The notes beneath the pieces are model-generated. The model saw nothing but the letters and a program-made list of their open reading frames with translations, did not search any database and was not told the origin of the DNA. Below, in pieces: positions 52,335 through 64,000 of a stretch of 64,000 nt of DNA. The translations under genes and the position numbers were made by a program. The DNA is from Octopus bimaculoides (lineage: Eukaryota), in assembly GCF_001194135.2 (NCBI RefSeq), contig NC_068988.1, positions 16,795,094 through 16,859,093 of the forward strand. The letters run 5' to 3'. Position 1 is the stretch's first letter. Every line of letters starts with the position of its first letter.

Positions 52335-53075
52335 AGAAACACTGGTTTTAGGAGAAGTGGGTTATTTGAGTACACCGACTCCAATGCTCAAATGGTATAT
52401 ATATCTTATCGACTCTGAAAAGGATGAAAATAAAAGTTTACTCCGGCGGCATTTGAATTCAGAAGGTAAAGAGCCGGAAAAATACTGCTACTCATTTGAT
52501 CCGATGCACTAGCCGCCTTAATCGTAAGTACAATAATGGTTTCTATTATAACTATAACGTGTGAAATTTCAGGGAGGGGTTTATTGATTATATCGAGCCC
52601 TATGCTCAACTGTTAATTATATTAACGGTACCGAAAGAATGGAAGGCAAAGTCGATCTCGGCGTAATGATGGACGAAATGACGCTAAAAATTTTGTCCTG
52701 TGCTCTAAACCGTCATTACTATAATAATTCAGATAACGCACTGCTTGAGTAAAAGCTTTGTAGGGGTTAGTTAAATCGCCTTACATTCTGAGTTCAAATC
52801 TCTGGGAGCCCACTACAAAAAAGAAACAAGAACGTAATTAAGTACTCAGCTCAATCTAATAGACTAATAGTCTCCCACTATGATTGCTGATTTGGTGCCA
52901 TAATCTAAAACTATTATTTCAATAACGATTACTTCTAACTTAGGCAAATAATAGAAGGTTAGATAAATGTAATTTAGTGTAAATCGATTCCACTGTTCAA
53001 CTAGATTGTATTTCATCGAACCGCACATAGATGAAAGACAAAGTTGTTGCCATAAGAATATAAATTCGGAACGTC
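52335..53075. mobile_element. Cluster of four decayed SINE family A copies in mixed orientation (52335-52520 -, 52555-52712 -, 52745-52912 +, 52935-53075 -)
   Basis: Repeated core motifs (gaaaggatgaaa, ggcaaagtcgatctcggcg, cattctgagttcaaat, gtgttcaactag/gttcaactag). Confidence 0.7.
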
Positions 53076-53657
53076 GTTTATATTTACGCAGTTTGTCGTT
53101 CAGTATAGCAACTCTCTTGAGTGTACGTTGAAGCAGGGTGTATTATTTTGACTTCTACCATTGAATAATTTCCGCGGGGGTGTAGCTCAGTCGGTGACAA
53201 TGTTTTCAGCTTTTGACTAGTACCTTATTTTACCAAACATTAGGAAGTATGGAAATCAAGTAATGACATGTCAAATTTTAAGCATTCTCAGCAGTACACA
53301 CACTAATAATTCATAATCCAGCATTCATTAATAAAAGAAGTATTTTCTTCCGCCTCGACACAACCCCTCAACGTTTTCAGAGGGTTTATAAGACGTATGG
53401 GTGTGTAAATGTACATTCATGTTTAAAAAATTGATAATTCACAAAAAATATATATAATGAGTACAAATAATAATAACGGATACACACATACACACACATA
53501 TTTCAAAAAGGTTTCAAGGGATATATAATCTTAGGGAATACGGTGGTCACTCTTACCGGTTGCGAATACCGGCTGGCCACTGTGAATGTTGAAGAAACAC
53601 AAGTTAGTCAAAATTTACTATACTTGGTTAATCCTCAAGTGTACTTCGTTAATCCTA

Positions 53658-53690
<33 letters not shown>

Positions 53691-53754
53691 GTCTCTCTCT
53701 CTCTCTATATATATATATATAAACAAATAGTAAATGAGTATATGCATATATACG

Positions 53755-53910
53755 TACAGGTATGTGCATACCGACATCCACCTGTATGTATAGGTGCATA
53801 TCTGGGTACAGGACATTGCAAACAAAACGTAGACGAGAAAACACACATGCCACATAGAGAACATTCTTCTTCATCAGCTACCCCAGTTTTAACACCGGCG
53901 TTTCGAAGGT
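53755..53910 (-). repeat. Second copy of family E
   Basis: The minus strand reads ccttcgaaacgcc...gtagctgatgaagaagaatgttctctatgtggc...gtcctgtacccagatatgcacc. Confidence 0.75.
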
Positions 53911-54026
53911 GTGTGTGTGTATAGATCATTTCATAATTTTATTATTTTATCTAGTTTCAGCTCATGAGCTGTGGCCATGCTGGGGCACCGCCATTTAATG
54001 TATATACATTCTTTTATTTTTTTAAA

Positions 54027-54215
54027 TTTTTACTTGTTTCAGTTATTTGACTGCGACTATGATGGTGCACCGCCTTTAGTGGATCAAATTTACCCCAAGA
54101 CTTATTCTTTGTAAGCTTAGTACTTATTCTAGCAGCCTCTTTTGCCAAACCGCTAAGTTACGGGACCGTAAACACAACAACATCAAGTGTTGGCGGGGCA
54201 CAAAGACACACATAT

Positions 54216-54246
<31 letters not shown>

Positions 54247-54410
54247 CGACGGGCTTCTTTCAGTCACCGTCTACCAAATCCACCCACAAGGCTTTGGTCG
54301 ACCCAAGGCTATAGTAGAAGTCACTTGCGCAAGGTGCCACGTAGTCTGACTGAACCCAGAACCATGTGGTTGGTAAGCAAGCTTCTTACCACACAGCCAT
54401 TTTTGTGCCT
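54027..54410 (-). mobile_element. Full-length SINE family B copy, preceded by an extra tail fragment at about 53948-53992
   Basis: Colinear with 36925-37320 along its whole length. Confidence 0.9.
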
Positions 54411-55260
54411 CTCTCTCTCCTCATCTCACACCTACCTCCTCTCTTCACTCCTACCCACCTTCTCCCTTCATTGTTACCCCTCCATATTCCACCCCTACAC
54501 ATCCCAACCACACTATCCCAACACATCCAAACTCCACCACACCACACACACCACCACACCAGAACTCAATGCACCACACCACCACACCACATCACACCAC
54601 CTCGCACACACTAGCACTGATCACTTCCCAGCACTCACACCACACACCACACGCCACACCACTACAACACACTACACCACATCAAACAACTCCCCACCCA
54701 CTATCACTGACCACTTCCCAGCACCCATACCATCATCCACACACACACACACATTTCAGACGCACACACTTACACTAAGGCGGCGAGCTGGCAGAATCGT
54801 TAGCACACCGGGCGAAATGCTTAGCCGTAATTCGTCTGCCGCTACGTTCTGAGTTCAAATTGCGCTGAGGTCGACTTTGCCTTTCATCCTTTCGGGGTCG
54901 ATTAAATAAGTACCAGTTACGCACTGGGGTCGATATAATCGACTTAATCCGTGTTTGTCTGTCCTTGTTTGTCCCCTCTGTGTGTAGCCCCTTGTGGGTA
55001 GTAAAGAAATAACACACTTACACTTACTCTCACATACATACGCACGTGCACCTTCGTTTTGAGATCACCAAAACTTTATTATCTCCCCTTCTTCCTAGCT
55101 CTCCTGTCTAACTACCTCGGTTCAGCCGCTAAAGCTTTTTTTTATTCTCTTAATGTTTATTTTCTCGTGTTCCTTTCTGTTGAACAGCTCAGACTCGGAA
55201 CGTAAAAGACATTCTCAGCTTCCCGAGAGTTAAACTAATACACTTATCTTTTATATACCT
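54411..55260 (+). repeat. Family D element (CA-rich body and conserved 3' block), interrupted by a SINE
   Basis: CA-rich body with internal repeats (cactgatcacttcccagcac / cactgaccacttcccagcac). The 3' block is shared with 32240-32316. Confidence 0.75.
54777..55011 (+). mobile_element. Intact SINE family A copy with a perfect 13-bp target-site duplication
   Basis: Head aaggcggcgagctggcagaatcgttagc, B-box-like gagttcaaat, core gactttgcctttcatcctttcggggtcgattaaataagtacc, tail ending agtaaagaaata. acacacttacact occurs at both 54764-54776 and 55012-55024. Confidence 0.95.
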
Positions 55261-55469
55261 GACTTTGTCTTTTGTTTTTCTGTAAATTCCAACATATATA
55301 TGTGTGTATGTGTGTGTGTGTCTGTCTGTCTGTGTTTGTTTATTTGGATCGAATAAGTTTGTTGCTTCTGACGGTGCACGGGATTTTCAGGCAAGTGAAA
55401 CTCAGAGTAAATAGAGACTAACTCAACCAACATAGAATATATTAGTGATCTCGCTCTAGTGAATACTCT

Positions 55470-55760
55470 ATTTACCCAACAAATCGATCCCCAATAGTGC
55501 TATTTGTAAGCCTGATACTTATGATGCCAAACCGCAAAGTTTCGGTCATATAAACAAGCCAAAACGGTTCTCAAGTGGGGATCGTGGACATAAACACAAA
55601 AGCACACGGGTTCCTTTCACTTACTCTCTACCAAATCCACTCACACGGCTTTGCTCGGGCCAGAGCTATAGTAGGAGACATATCCCCAAAGTGCTACGCA
55701 TTGAGACTAAACCCTGAATTATGTGTTTGAGAAGAAAACCTCTGATCACACAACCACGCC
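55470..55760 (-). mobile_element. Old degenerate SINE family B copy
   Basis: caaatcgatcccc...gccaaaccgcaaagtt...ctaccaaatccactcacacggctt...gctatagtaggagaca. Confidence 0.7.
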
Positions 55761-57415
55761 GGCAATAAAAAACTCCGGTTTCAAATTTTGGAGAAATAAA
55801 CATGGTCGTCTCGCTGGAAATATTCTTAGAAATATGAATCAATAAATTAAAATCCGCCAAAATATATTAAAAAAATACAAAAAAAACTTTCATCTTACAT
55901 TACTATATAATACACTTGATTTGTATTAATAGTTAACTCTCCTTATTAGGCGCCACAGAGACGTATTGTCCATGGAACCGACTTCTACAATGTGCTTCAA
56001 ATGTTATATTGCTGTGTAAGGAGGGAAACGAAGACGAATAGAATAATCAACTGTAATAGGAGATATTAGCGATAAAATAAGTATATCTAAATATGTCTTC
56101 GCTATCACCCCTTGCTTGAGTAATACTAGGAGCTAAAAACACAATTGTATAACTGATAGTGAAAATAAAATAACTATAACAAATAGAGGAAGTGAACATC
56201 TGCAACACAAGAAATGTCTCGGTGGAGTTAGACGTTCCCAGAGACAGAGTGTGGGAATGACACCAGCAAAATAGAATTAATAATTACTGCTTAAAATATG
56301 AAAATAAAACACAATAATTTATCGAAATCTGATGTAACGACAGCAAAAATAAATATTCAGCAAAAATATTTAATATAACATCAATAACGAAAATAGCAAA
56401 AATGGCAAAAAATACGAAATTTAACATTATACGGAGATGTTTCTTCACTGGTACATTTCAATGAGCTGCGATCGAAAATTAAACCAGTCTCATTGTGGAA
56501 TCGATGATACTGATTAACAGCATCTATTCAAAATTGCTGGCTTAGTGACTTATTTCGAAACAAATATTTATAGTGAGCCTCAGAAAATAGAACGATGATT
56601 ATCATTACATTTTCTATCTTCCACTGAAACATAGCACACCAATATAATAGCCTCAATATTCACCAGAAACATATACAGTCTGTGCTGGAAAAATGAAAAT
56701 CAAAGCCGATCCCTAACGTAGATCTATGAAACTAAATAAATTCGTGGTATGGGAAAAATAAATATATAATTTATTTATTGTATTTCGTTCAGTAGTTTTC
56801 AGTTAAATGAGATATTCGCGAACTACACGTTTCTCACTAATCAGTGAAGATACGATAAATGAAGATGAGAGGATATTTGATATATTTCAATGGATTGTAA
56901 ACTAAGGTTTATCACGTATTCGCTTAATTAATTGTTTTTTTGTAAAGGTCCAAACCGTATTACAATATTAGCCACGAGAGAGATATAAAATCATTAAGAA
57001 CGACAGATTAGTAATTAGGATTAGAAGAAACGGCAACATTCAGAAAAGCAGCACAGATTATACAGAAACATATGTAACTTAGAACTGATGGATTTCTAAG
57101 AAACTTCACCATCAACCTACCTACCTACCTATATTTCTATCTATTTCCATTGTCATGGAACCTCATCCCCCCACCAAAAAAAACAAAACACAAACAATAT
57201 TCTCCTCTTCGAAAACAAAATCCACGAAAAACATGTTTTATATAAATGAACAAGCTGTTTTGTACATCCACAAAATTCTATTTGACAAGTCCGAGAGACG
57301 AACGGAAGCGTTGATAATAATGAAGAAATAAAAAGATTTGTTTTTCAAAATCCTAACGACATTTTTTCTCAATATTCAATTTCTGTACACCATACCTCAC
57401 ACTCTATACGTACAT

Positions 57416-57454
<39 letters not shown>

Positions 57455-57455
<1 letters not shown>

Positions 57456-58835
57456 CGGGTAAAATTCCCGGATCTGAGGACGAGTTCTCTCCACCGGTCT
57501 TTGTCCCTCATCATCGCTGCCATGTCCTGTGTTTCCCAGGGATGAGTGTCTATCCTGAGTGCATCAGCATATGTCATCGTCGGTCTCCCTCTTCTAGTGT
57601 ATCGGTGTAGGGGCTCCCACAGGTGCACTGAGCGCAGTATCAACTCCAAATGACGGTAAGCATGATTCGCTAACCTCAGTCTCCTTTGTGTTATTTTCGA
57701 GCTAAGTATTGGGAGGCACTCGTACAGCGCTAAGTTCTTTATCTTCAGTGTTTACTGATTAATGTTGAGACTCATTCTCAGCACCCATCCATCAACCCTC
57801 CCCTAAATTTCTTAAATTTTCATTTTTTTAAAAAATATTTTTTAGGCGAAATACGGAGATTGTGATTCTGAAAAAAAAAAGATGTAAAATTTCAATTTTT
57901 CAAAATAAAATAATAAACAGTCCTCCATTCCGCTTCATGCATGCATACAATTATAAAATAGCAGACACAAAAAGTATCTAAACAGAAAACCTGACATGCC
58001 AGAAACACGTTTTTCAAAATTTTAATACGAGTTACCAAAGAAGAAAGAAATTTCAAAACTTCAACCCGCCCCAACCGGAAAGCTGATAAGCTAGAAACAA
58101 CAGCCAAACAGAGAATCAACATTCTCAATACGAATTTACAAAAGTGAAAACAAAAAAAATTAATGTCATTTTGTAGTGTGTGTGTGTGTGTGCAAAAAGT
58201 CTAACTTTACATACCTCTCTTCAATCCAAAAGACCCTCAACCACGTGTTCGTTATGAAACATTAGAAGAGAAAGCACTTGTATTTCAATTCTTGTCATAG
58301 GGCGGAGGGGACGGGGTTGTTTATTTTACTTTTTTTGGTTTTTGAAAAATTGAAATTTTACAGAATTTCTTTTGTTTTTCAGAATCATAATCTCTGTATT
58401 TTTCTACGTATTTCGCCCTTACCAATTTTTTTTAAAAAGTAAAACTTTAAGAAATGTGGGGGTAGTGGTGAAGGAGGATATAAATTTTGAAATACAGATT
58501 TTTTTGCAGTTTCTTCGACCTCGATATAGTGTTTTCCTGTGAAACAAGAAAACAAAAATAAATCGCAAAGGAGGTGCGCTTCATGTTCTTTACCTCCGCC
58601 TTCCTAATCTTTGCTCCCAGATAGAACGAAGTCCTCAACGAACTCTAGTAGTTTGACGCCCACATTCATAATCTTCTCTGGCTTATTATTCTCAACGAGA
58701 TACTTCGTCTTAATTTCATTCACTTTCTGCCTCACACTCACCGGCACTGCCTCCTCCTCCTGCATCATCTCCTCTGCCTCCCTCACTGTGTTACTCCCCA
58801 GAACTATGTCGTCAGGCGAAAAAGATATCAGATGA
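57455..58835 (-). mobile_element. 5'-truncated RTE-clade LINE relic (RT motif C to C-terminus), interrupted by a foldback element
   Basis: DIFFA/DDIVLGSNTVREAEEMMQE...KVNEIKTKYLV...LLEFVEDFV/YLGAKI (58835-58600), then PILSSKITQRRLRLANHAYRHLE...LWEPLHRYTRRGRPTMTYADAL...MMRDKDRWRELV (57720-57470). These are the RTE YADD, YLG and RRGRP...DR..WR motifs. Confidence 0.9.
57785..58478. mobile_element. Foldback/MITE-like element nested in the RTE
   Basis: 57796-57926 (tttcttaa...ggcgaaatac...gattgtgattctgaaaaa...tgtaaaatttcaatttttcaaaa...ataaaca) is the inverted counterpart of 58301-58462. Confidence 0.85.
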
Positions 58836-58848
58836 TGATATAATATAA

Positions 58849-58880
58849 TATATGTGACAATTATTCAGTTGTCACATATA
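58849..58880. other. Perfect 12-bp-stem hairpin
   Basis: tatatgtgacaa-ttattcag-ttgtcacatata. Confidence 0.9.
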
Positions 58881-58948
58881 GTACAGATAAATTGCTCTAT
58901 TTAGATAATATCGAGGTCTCATTCATTCGTTTGTTGTCATACTATTAA

Positions 58949-59016
<68 letters not shown>

Positions 59017-59176
59017 GCACACACACAGATGCATATATATATATACACGCACATACATACATATATACGTATAGATATCCACATGTACCTACACACACAC
59101 ACACACACACACACACANNNNNNNNNNNNNNNNNNNNNNNNNNNNNNNNNNNNNNNNNNNNNNNNNNNNNNNNNNN

Positions 59177-59215
<39 letters not shown>

Positions 59216-60959
59216 CCACTCTTGAGCTATTCAGACTGTACATTGTATTAAATATACAGTCTATAGTATACTTAAGAATGAATCCCAGAGTCATGGTTTA
59301 GGGCTTTCTCCCCATAACCCTTATTCCATTATCCTTCAATGATTTCTTTCTGCCTCAGTACTATGGTTCTTAGTAACCGTTGGGTTGGATTTCTTCCTTT
59401 TTTCATTCATCCTCTTCTCTCCATCATTTGCTTCCCTATTATTTCCTTCTGCTTTGTCTGGCAGTAGAGATAAAGCTTGTAATTTGCTTCCATCACAAAC
59501 GACCTTGATAATTCAGTAGGTTGATGTGAACATAAATCATTTCCTTAGCACTTACCAGTAGACAATAAACTACTCTTTGATAGATATATCGCAGACTAAC
59601 GGAGACGTGGCTTTCTCTGCTGTTAGAAGTGGGGATAATTGTGTCATTGGAGCTCTCTTATTCAACCCCCCCTCGTAAACACCCTAGTAACATCTAAATT
59701 TTTCTAATCTCAATAAATATACATTATTTTCATACATCCATTCTGTCAACTCAGATAGTAACAGAATCATCTACAATGTTTTGCTTCGTGGATTTGAACT
59801 ATGATAAATCATTTTGAAAGTCTTTGATTGTAAAATTCATGTATTCATCTCATAAAAACAGTTTATTTATAAAGATATAATGTAGTCATTAATAAATTAA
59901 AGACGAAGTTAGAAACGTCTGTAATGAATTTACACCTGTCATTCATAGACTCCTATTTAGTGTGATAATATATTGACTGTTAAGATTTGTTTTTATTGTA
60001 TAGTTAAATTTACACTAAAATATAGACATAGCTCTTCCGCATGCGAATCTATGTTTCTAACACTCGCATGCTTTGTAATCATATGATGTCTTCAGTAGAA
60101 GACAGAATACTGAAATTCTAAGAAATATCAACTGTTTACATACAAACATATTAATCTACATCAGAAATCGGAATGACACGAAAAAGGCAAACGTACCGTT
60201 AAATATTTTTCGAATGACCTCCCTGTAACACACCTAACAAGGATTTAAAATCTTTGAAATAATATGCAAAAAATATATCAAAATATATTTACAGAAGTAG
60301 GCTTTTGTTTAGATAATGGAAGAGTATCTCAAGCAGAAACGAATATATTTACCTTTCGTTAGAAGTCAATATATTATCGCACAAAATTTGAAATTACAAA
60401 TGTACTTTTGAACCCTTTGCTAAATGCACGTGATGTAAGAAAATTAATTTTTATATACTTGTGAGATTTTAAATTCTATTTCTTATATATCAGACCATTT
60501 CCGTATATTAATTTTAAATCCACATTTACAATTACTTTCAGATATTCAAGCACTCTTCTAAAGTATTGTACTGATGGAACATTCTTAAAAGATTCATGGA
60601 CATTTCCACTGGATTCATATCATTTCGGTTTTCAATTGGATTTACCGGTGTGTATATATTCAGTATATATTCCTTTAATATTGTTTGTGGCTTCCAATTT
60701 TGAGCTGTTAAAAAGTTTATTTAAATGAGGGACTGTTACAAACTAATTTGTATGGTGAGGTAAACACATGTAAAATATGAAAATATTTCTAAATATATTA
60801 TGTTTATAGCCAATAATTAGATTTCAGTGGCTTTTGTCTTATTAATCTTTATATTTTAATGTGAAGTAGAAATTAAAAACGAATGCACCTGAATTTGCTC
60901 AAGTAGCCCCCGTTAAATACAATTGTCCGTATGGTTTTGCTATTTGCACCGTAGTAGTC

Positions 60960-61290
60960 CTGGATACCAAAAGTACAGGCAGATGTCACTTCCGAGCGAA
61001 TATCACTTGATAACACGCATTATCCTTTCGTTAATTGTTTTAGATATCACAATCAGACAAGGTTTCTGTCTCTCAAATGATCCAGTGGAACGTCCAACGC
61101 ATGGCATCTGAGGGCGGAGAGGGGTTCCATAAGCAATTGGTTAGACGTCATTTATATTTGAAAAGACGGCAGCATCGAGAAAAGCATTGCTTTGCTCACT
61201 TGTAAAGAACCCTGCTCTAATTTTGAAACGAACATACAACCTTCTGATTACGAGCTGAGCACTTTAATGATCTAGTTCACGGCATTCCTG
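60960..61290 (+). pseudogene. Possible very old RTE/BovB-like RT relic
   Basis: RISLDNTHYPFVNCFRY followed by SNDPVE resembles IxLDxxxLxxVxxFxYLGSxLSxNxxxD. Weak. Confidence 0.2.
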
Positions 61291-61531
61291 GATCAGTTGC
61301 AATGAACTATTTAAATCGTATTTTCATTGAATAATTATTTGTCAAATAGTGGGTGACGGCATAGGATGTTTGCAGACTGGGATAGTTTAGTGTGTATATC
61401 CACATACTAGAAAAATACATCACTATTCTATGAAAATGCCACCAATGACAAAATTAGTGAATCAGTGTATCGTTATTCGAATGTGTACGCTTTGGTTCTT
61501 GAGATTTGCTGCACTAGGAGGGTGTAATAAA

Positions 61532-61589
61532 ACACAACAGTGTCGTGCTTGCTGTAGTGGACACAACAGTGTCATGCTTTCCGTAGTGG
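61532..61589. repeat. 29-bp tandem duplication (similar 2-copy duplications at 30545-30588 and about 62000-62060)
   Basis: acacaacagtgtcgtgcttgctgtagtgg / acacaacagtgtcatgctttccgtagtgg. Confidence 0.9.
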
Positions 61590-63107
61590 AATAAAAAGTG
61601 TTAGAAACATAGTAAAAGAACATATCTATGGTTTTGCACAGTATGAGGGAACAAACGTGATATGACCAGCGTTTATAATGCTGAGGATCTGGCTTGGTCC
61701 AGATCTCAAAGTAAATAAAAACAGAAGACGAAATGGTAATGGTAGCCGGTGTGCATAATCTCTCTCAGAAACTGGTTATAAGGAAGTTATAACCGAAATG
61801 TCAGTAATTAATTTCACGGATTTTTAAAGCTCGGGAGCCATAACTTGAGATAGAAATATCATTAACATGGGAAGGCAGGCTTATAATGCTAAAGTGTATT
61901 TCCTTTAAATTGATCAATCTGCCGTCAGCGACATCTGTCTTAAATGCAAGGATTACAACGAAATCGTCACTCTCGTAAATGAATATTGCCTCAGTGGAAT
62001 CGAGTGTACGGCTAGTGTTATATTTCTGGAGTCGAGTGTTCGAGATAGTGTTATATTTCTTTAATTGCAGCTATAACAAAACAGTACAGTAGACAAAATC
62101 AAATTTTATTAAGGTTCTATTTTATTTTTGTTATCATTACAGTATGACGTCCCATGCGATATCGTAATGTCCAAAAGACGTTTTTAGGTAATTTTCCTTA
62201 TAAGTTTGAATATATTATATTGGAATTCTTTATTTTGATTTCGTTGTTGATCAGCTTAGTTCGAATATATCTAACACGAAATTTCTTCAAGCTGTTGACA
62301 GTCATTCAATATGTTAATATGTTTCGGATTATATTACCCAAAGTTTCCCTTTGTAGAGGAACAGTACGTTGAGATGTTGGAAGATTTCGCAGCTGTTGTT
62401 AGCTGACTGGACAACTGTGAAGAAACATATCCTTTGGTTTTTGTTTTAATATTAGAGGGGTTAAAAGCAATTTGGTAAAAATGTCAGTTTAGTCGAGTAT
62501 TGTTAGTTCACATCGGGTGTGGCCGTGATATTTCCTACTGCAGCCCGCATTCTTATAACATTTTACTAGTGATTTTGTTTCCTGAATACTTAAGACTTGC
62601 ATTATATTTGAACTTAAGGTTTGGAAATATAAGTAGATATTTTGAATCAATTGTGTATTCGTATAACTCTATTCAAATTTATTTTATGTGTCACTTATGT
62701 CTATTGAAAATATTTTACCATTAACATATCGAAGTCAAGTTATTCAAGTTTTATTTATTTACATAAATACGAATTTCGCTATTCGAAAAAATTGCATTTA
62801 GCTTTATTTATGATTAATCATGTTGTACTTGTTTTTCTTTTTTTAACTTGAAAATATTAAATATCTGACAATTGCGTCATGAGAGACTAAAAACCATCGT
62901 CCGAAAGGTATGGCATATAACGAATTATCACTTACGAAGGATAAGCAAGAGTTTGGTATGCCCTAACGTCTTGGAAGATTAGAGCTAGTTTCCTAAGGTA
63001 AAAGAGCTAAGAGAACATCGCTAGCCTATATTCAAAGACGAAGCATGAAAGAGAGATGAGTAAGAAACCGAAAAGCAAACTACATTATACATGTGCAGGC
63101 GCATGTG

Positions 63108-63178
<71 letters not shown>

Positions 63179-63746
63179 GTCTGCTTGCCTAACTGTCTGT
63201 CTGTTTGTCTGTTTGTCTGTCTAACTATCTATCTATCTATCTCACTATCTCTCTCTCACACTCTCTATCTATCTATATACATTAATCATACATGTATGTG
63301 TTCTGTGTATATACATGTCAACATATGCATATATTTATACACACACACACACGCATATATACAGACACACACATTATAGTAAGACAACAGGGTAATCTGT
63401 GGAAGCACTCACACACTCTCACACACACGCACATAGACACACACACATCTATATATATATNNNNNNNNNNATATATACAAAGAGATGGTGAAAAGTTGCT
63501 GGTTTTAAGGATATCGCGAAAGGCCTGCCTGGAGACTCAAATTTCCAAGTTTTTGAACCGGCTCTAAAAAACTGAAGAATCGCTGCAATAAGTGTGTGAA
63601 TCTGTAAGGGAAATATATTGAGTAAAATCATAATTAACTGATCCCCAGGTGTTTTACTTCAGCCAAAGCCAGGAACTTTCAGCTCCCCCTATTGTATACA
63701 CACACATACACATACAAACGCGCACACATACACACATGTATGTCTA

Positions 63747-63784
<38 letters not shown>

Positions 63785-63965
63785 TGTGTTCCTGTACATG
63801 ATCGACAGGATAGCAAGAAACATAATAGAAAGTTATTAATGTAGTTTAAAATTTACGTATATAGTAAGTGTAAATGTCCTCTACTCATCCCAAGCACATA
63901 ACGAATAAAAACATCTTTCTATTCCATTTCCCGAGCGTGCTACATAAATACATACATACATATAT

Positions 63966-63998
<33 letters not shown>

Positions 63999-64000
63999 CA

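Larger units (their letters stand above)
11154..63470. other. Twelve assembly gaps: 11154-63, 14784-867, 17546-55, 21616-776, 22959-68, 25389-98, 26723-99, 32317-444, 36008-322, 49728-37, 59118-76, 63461-70
   Basis: N runs, almost all abutting dinucleotide microsatellites. Confidence 0.98.

Noticed and set aside
53175-53200. ggggtgtagctcagtcggt resembling a tRNA 5' end
   Set aside because: No B box or T arm follows; the context matches a decayed minus-strand family A SINE.
54187-54852. 221-aa His/Thr/Pro-rich ORF, the longest in the track
   Set aside because: It spans a family B SINE, the CA-rich family D body and a family A head; a compositional artefact.
56180-56270. TRNVSVELDVPRDRVWE resembling a Tc1/mariner helix-turn-helix
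   Set aside because: Too short; no DDE domain or TIRs were found nearby.
1-64000. CRISPR arrays, operons, rRNA or true tRNA genes
   Set aside because: None seen. Tandem structures are microsatellites or SINE multimers without unique spacers, and tRNA-like segments are SINE heads lacking a full cloverleaf.

Overview
AT-rich, repeat-dense eukaryotic genomic DNA with 12 N-gaps, nearly all inside (TA)n/(CA)n/(GA)n microsatellites. The SINE families and microsatellite style match what I recall of octopus (coleoid cephalopod) genomes; the species assignment is an inference. I found no confident host protein-coding exon, rRNA, true tRNA gene or CRISPR array, so the window reads as a large intron or intergenic DNA. 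Most ORFs in the track are microsatellite or antisense artefacts. The content is mainly: (i) more than 20 copies of a tRNA-derived SINE ('family A') carrying three alternative 3' tails, several copies of a second tRNA-SINE with an internal microsatellite ('family B') and one copy of a third ('family C'); (ii) decayed autonomous retroelements: a Penelope-like element (RT-thumb/linker/GIY-YIG remnant, about 14.65-16.33 kb), an RTE-clade LINE split by a foldback element (57.5-58.8 kb), the C-terminus of an RLE-type non-LTR element (33.1-33.4 kb) and fainter RT relics; (iii) two long-inverted-repeat (foldback/MITE) elements and a possible Helitron 3' end. The most interesting theme is hammerhead-ribozyme motifs. 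There is an intact-core type I hammerhead at 21392-21507 at the 3' end of a Penelope-like remnant, and degenerate or permuted hammerhead-like motifs in three non-coding repeat families. One of these has a tRNA-like Pol III head and is a candidate Penelope-mobilised SINE/retrozyme. There is also a miRNA-like hairpin at 31464-31575. Repeat boundaries are by-eye estimates (about +/-20 bp) unless exact motifs are quoted.
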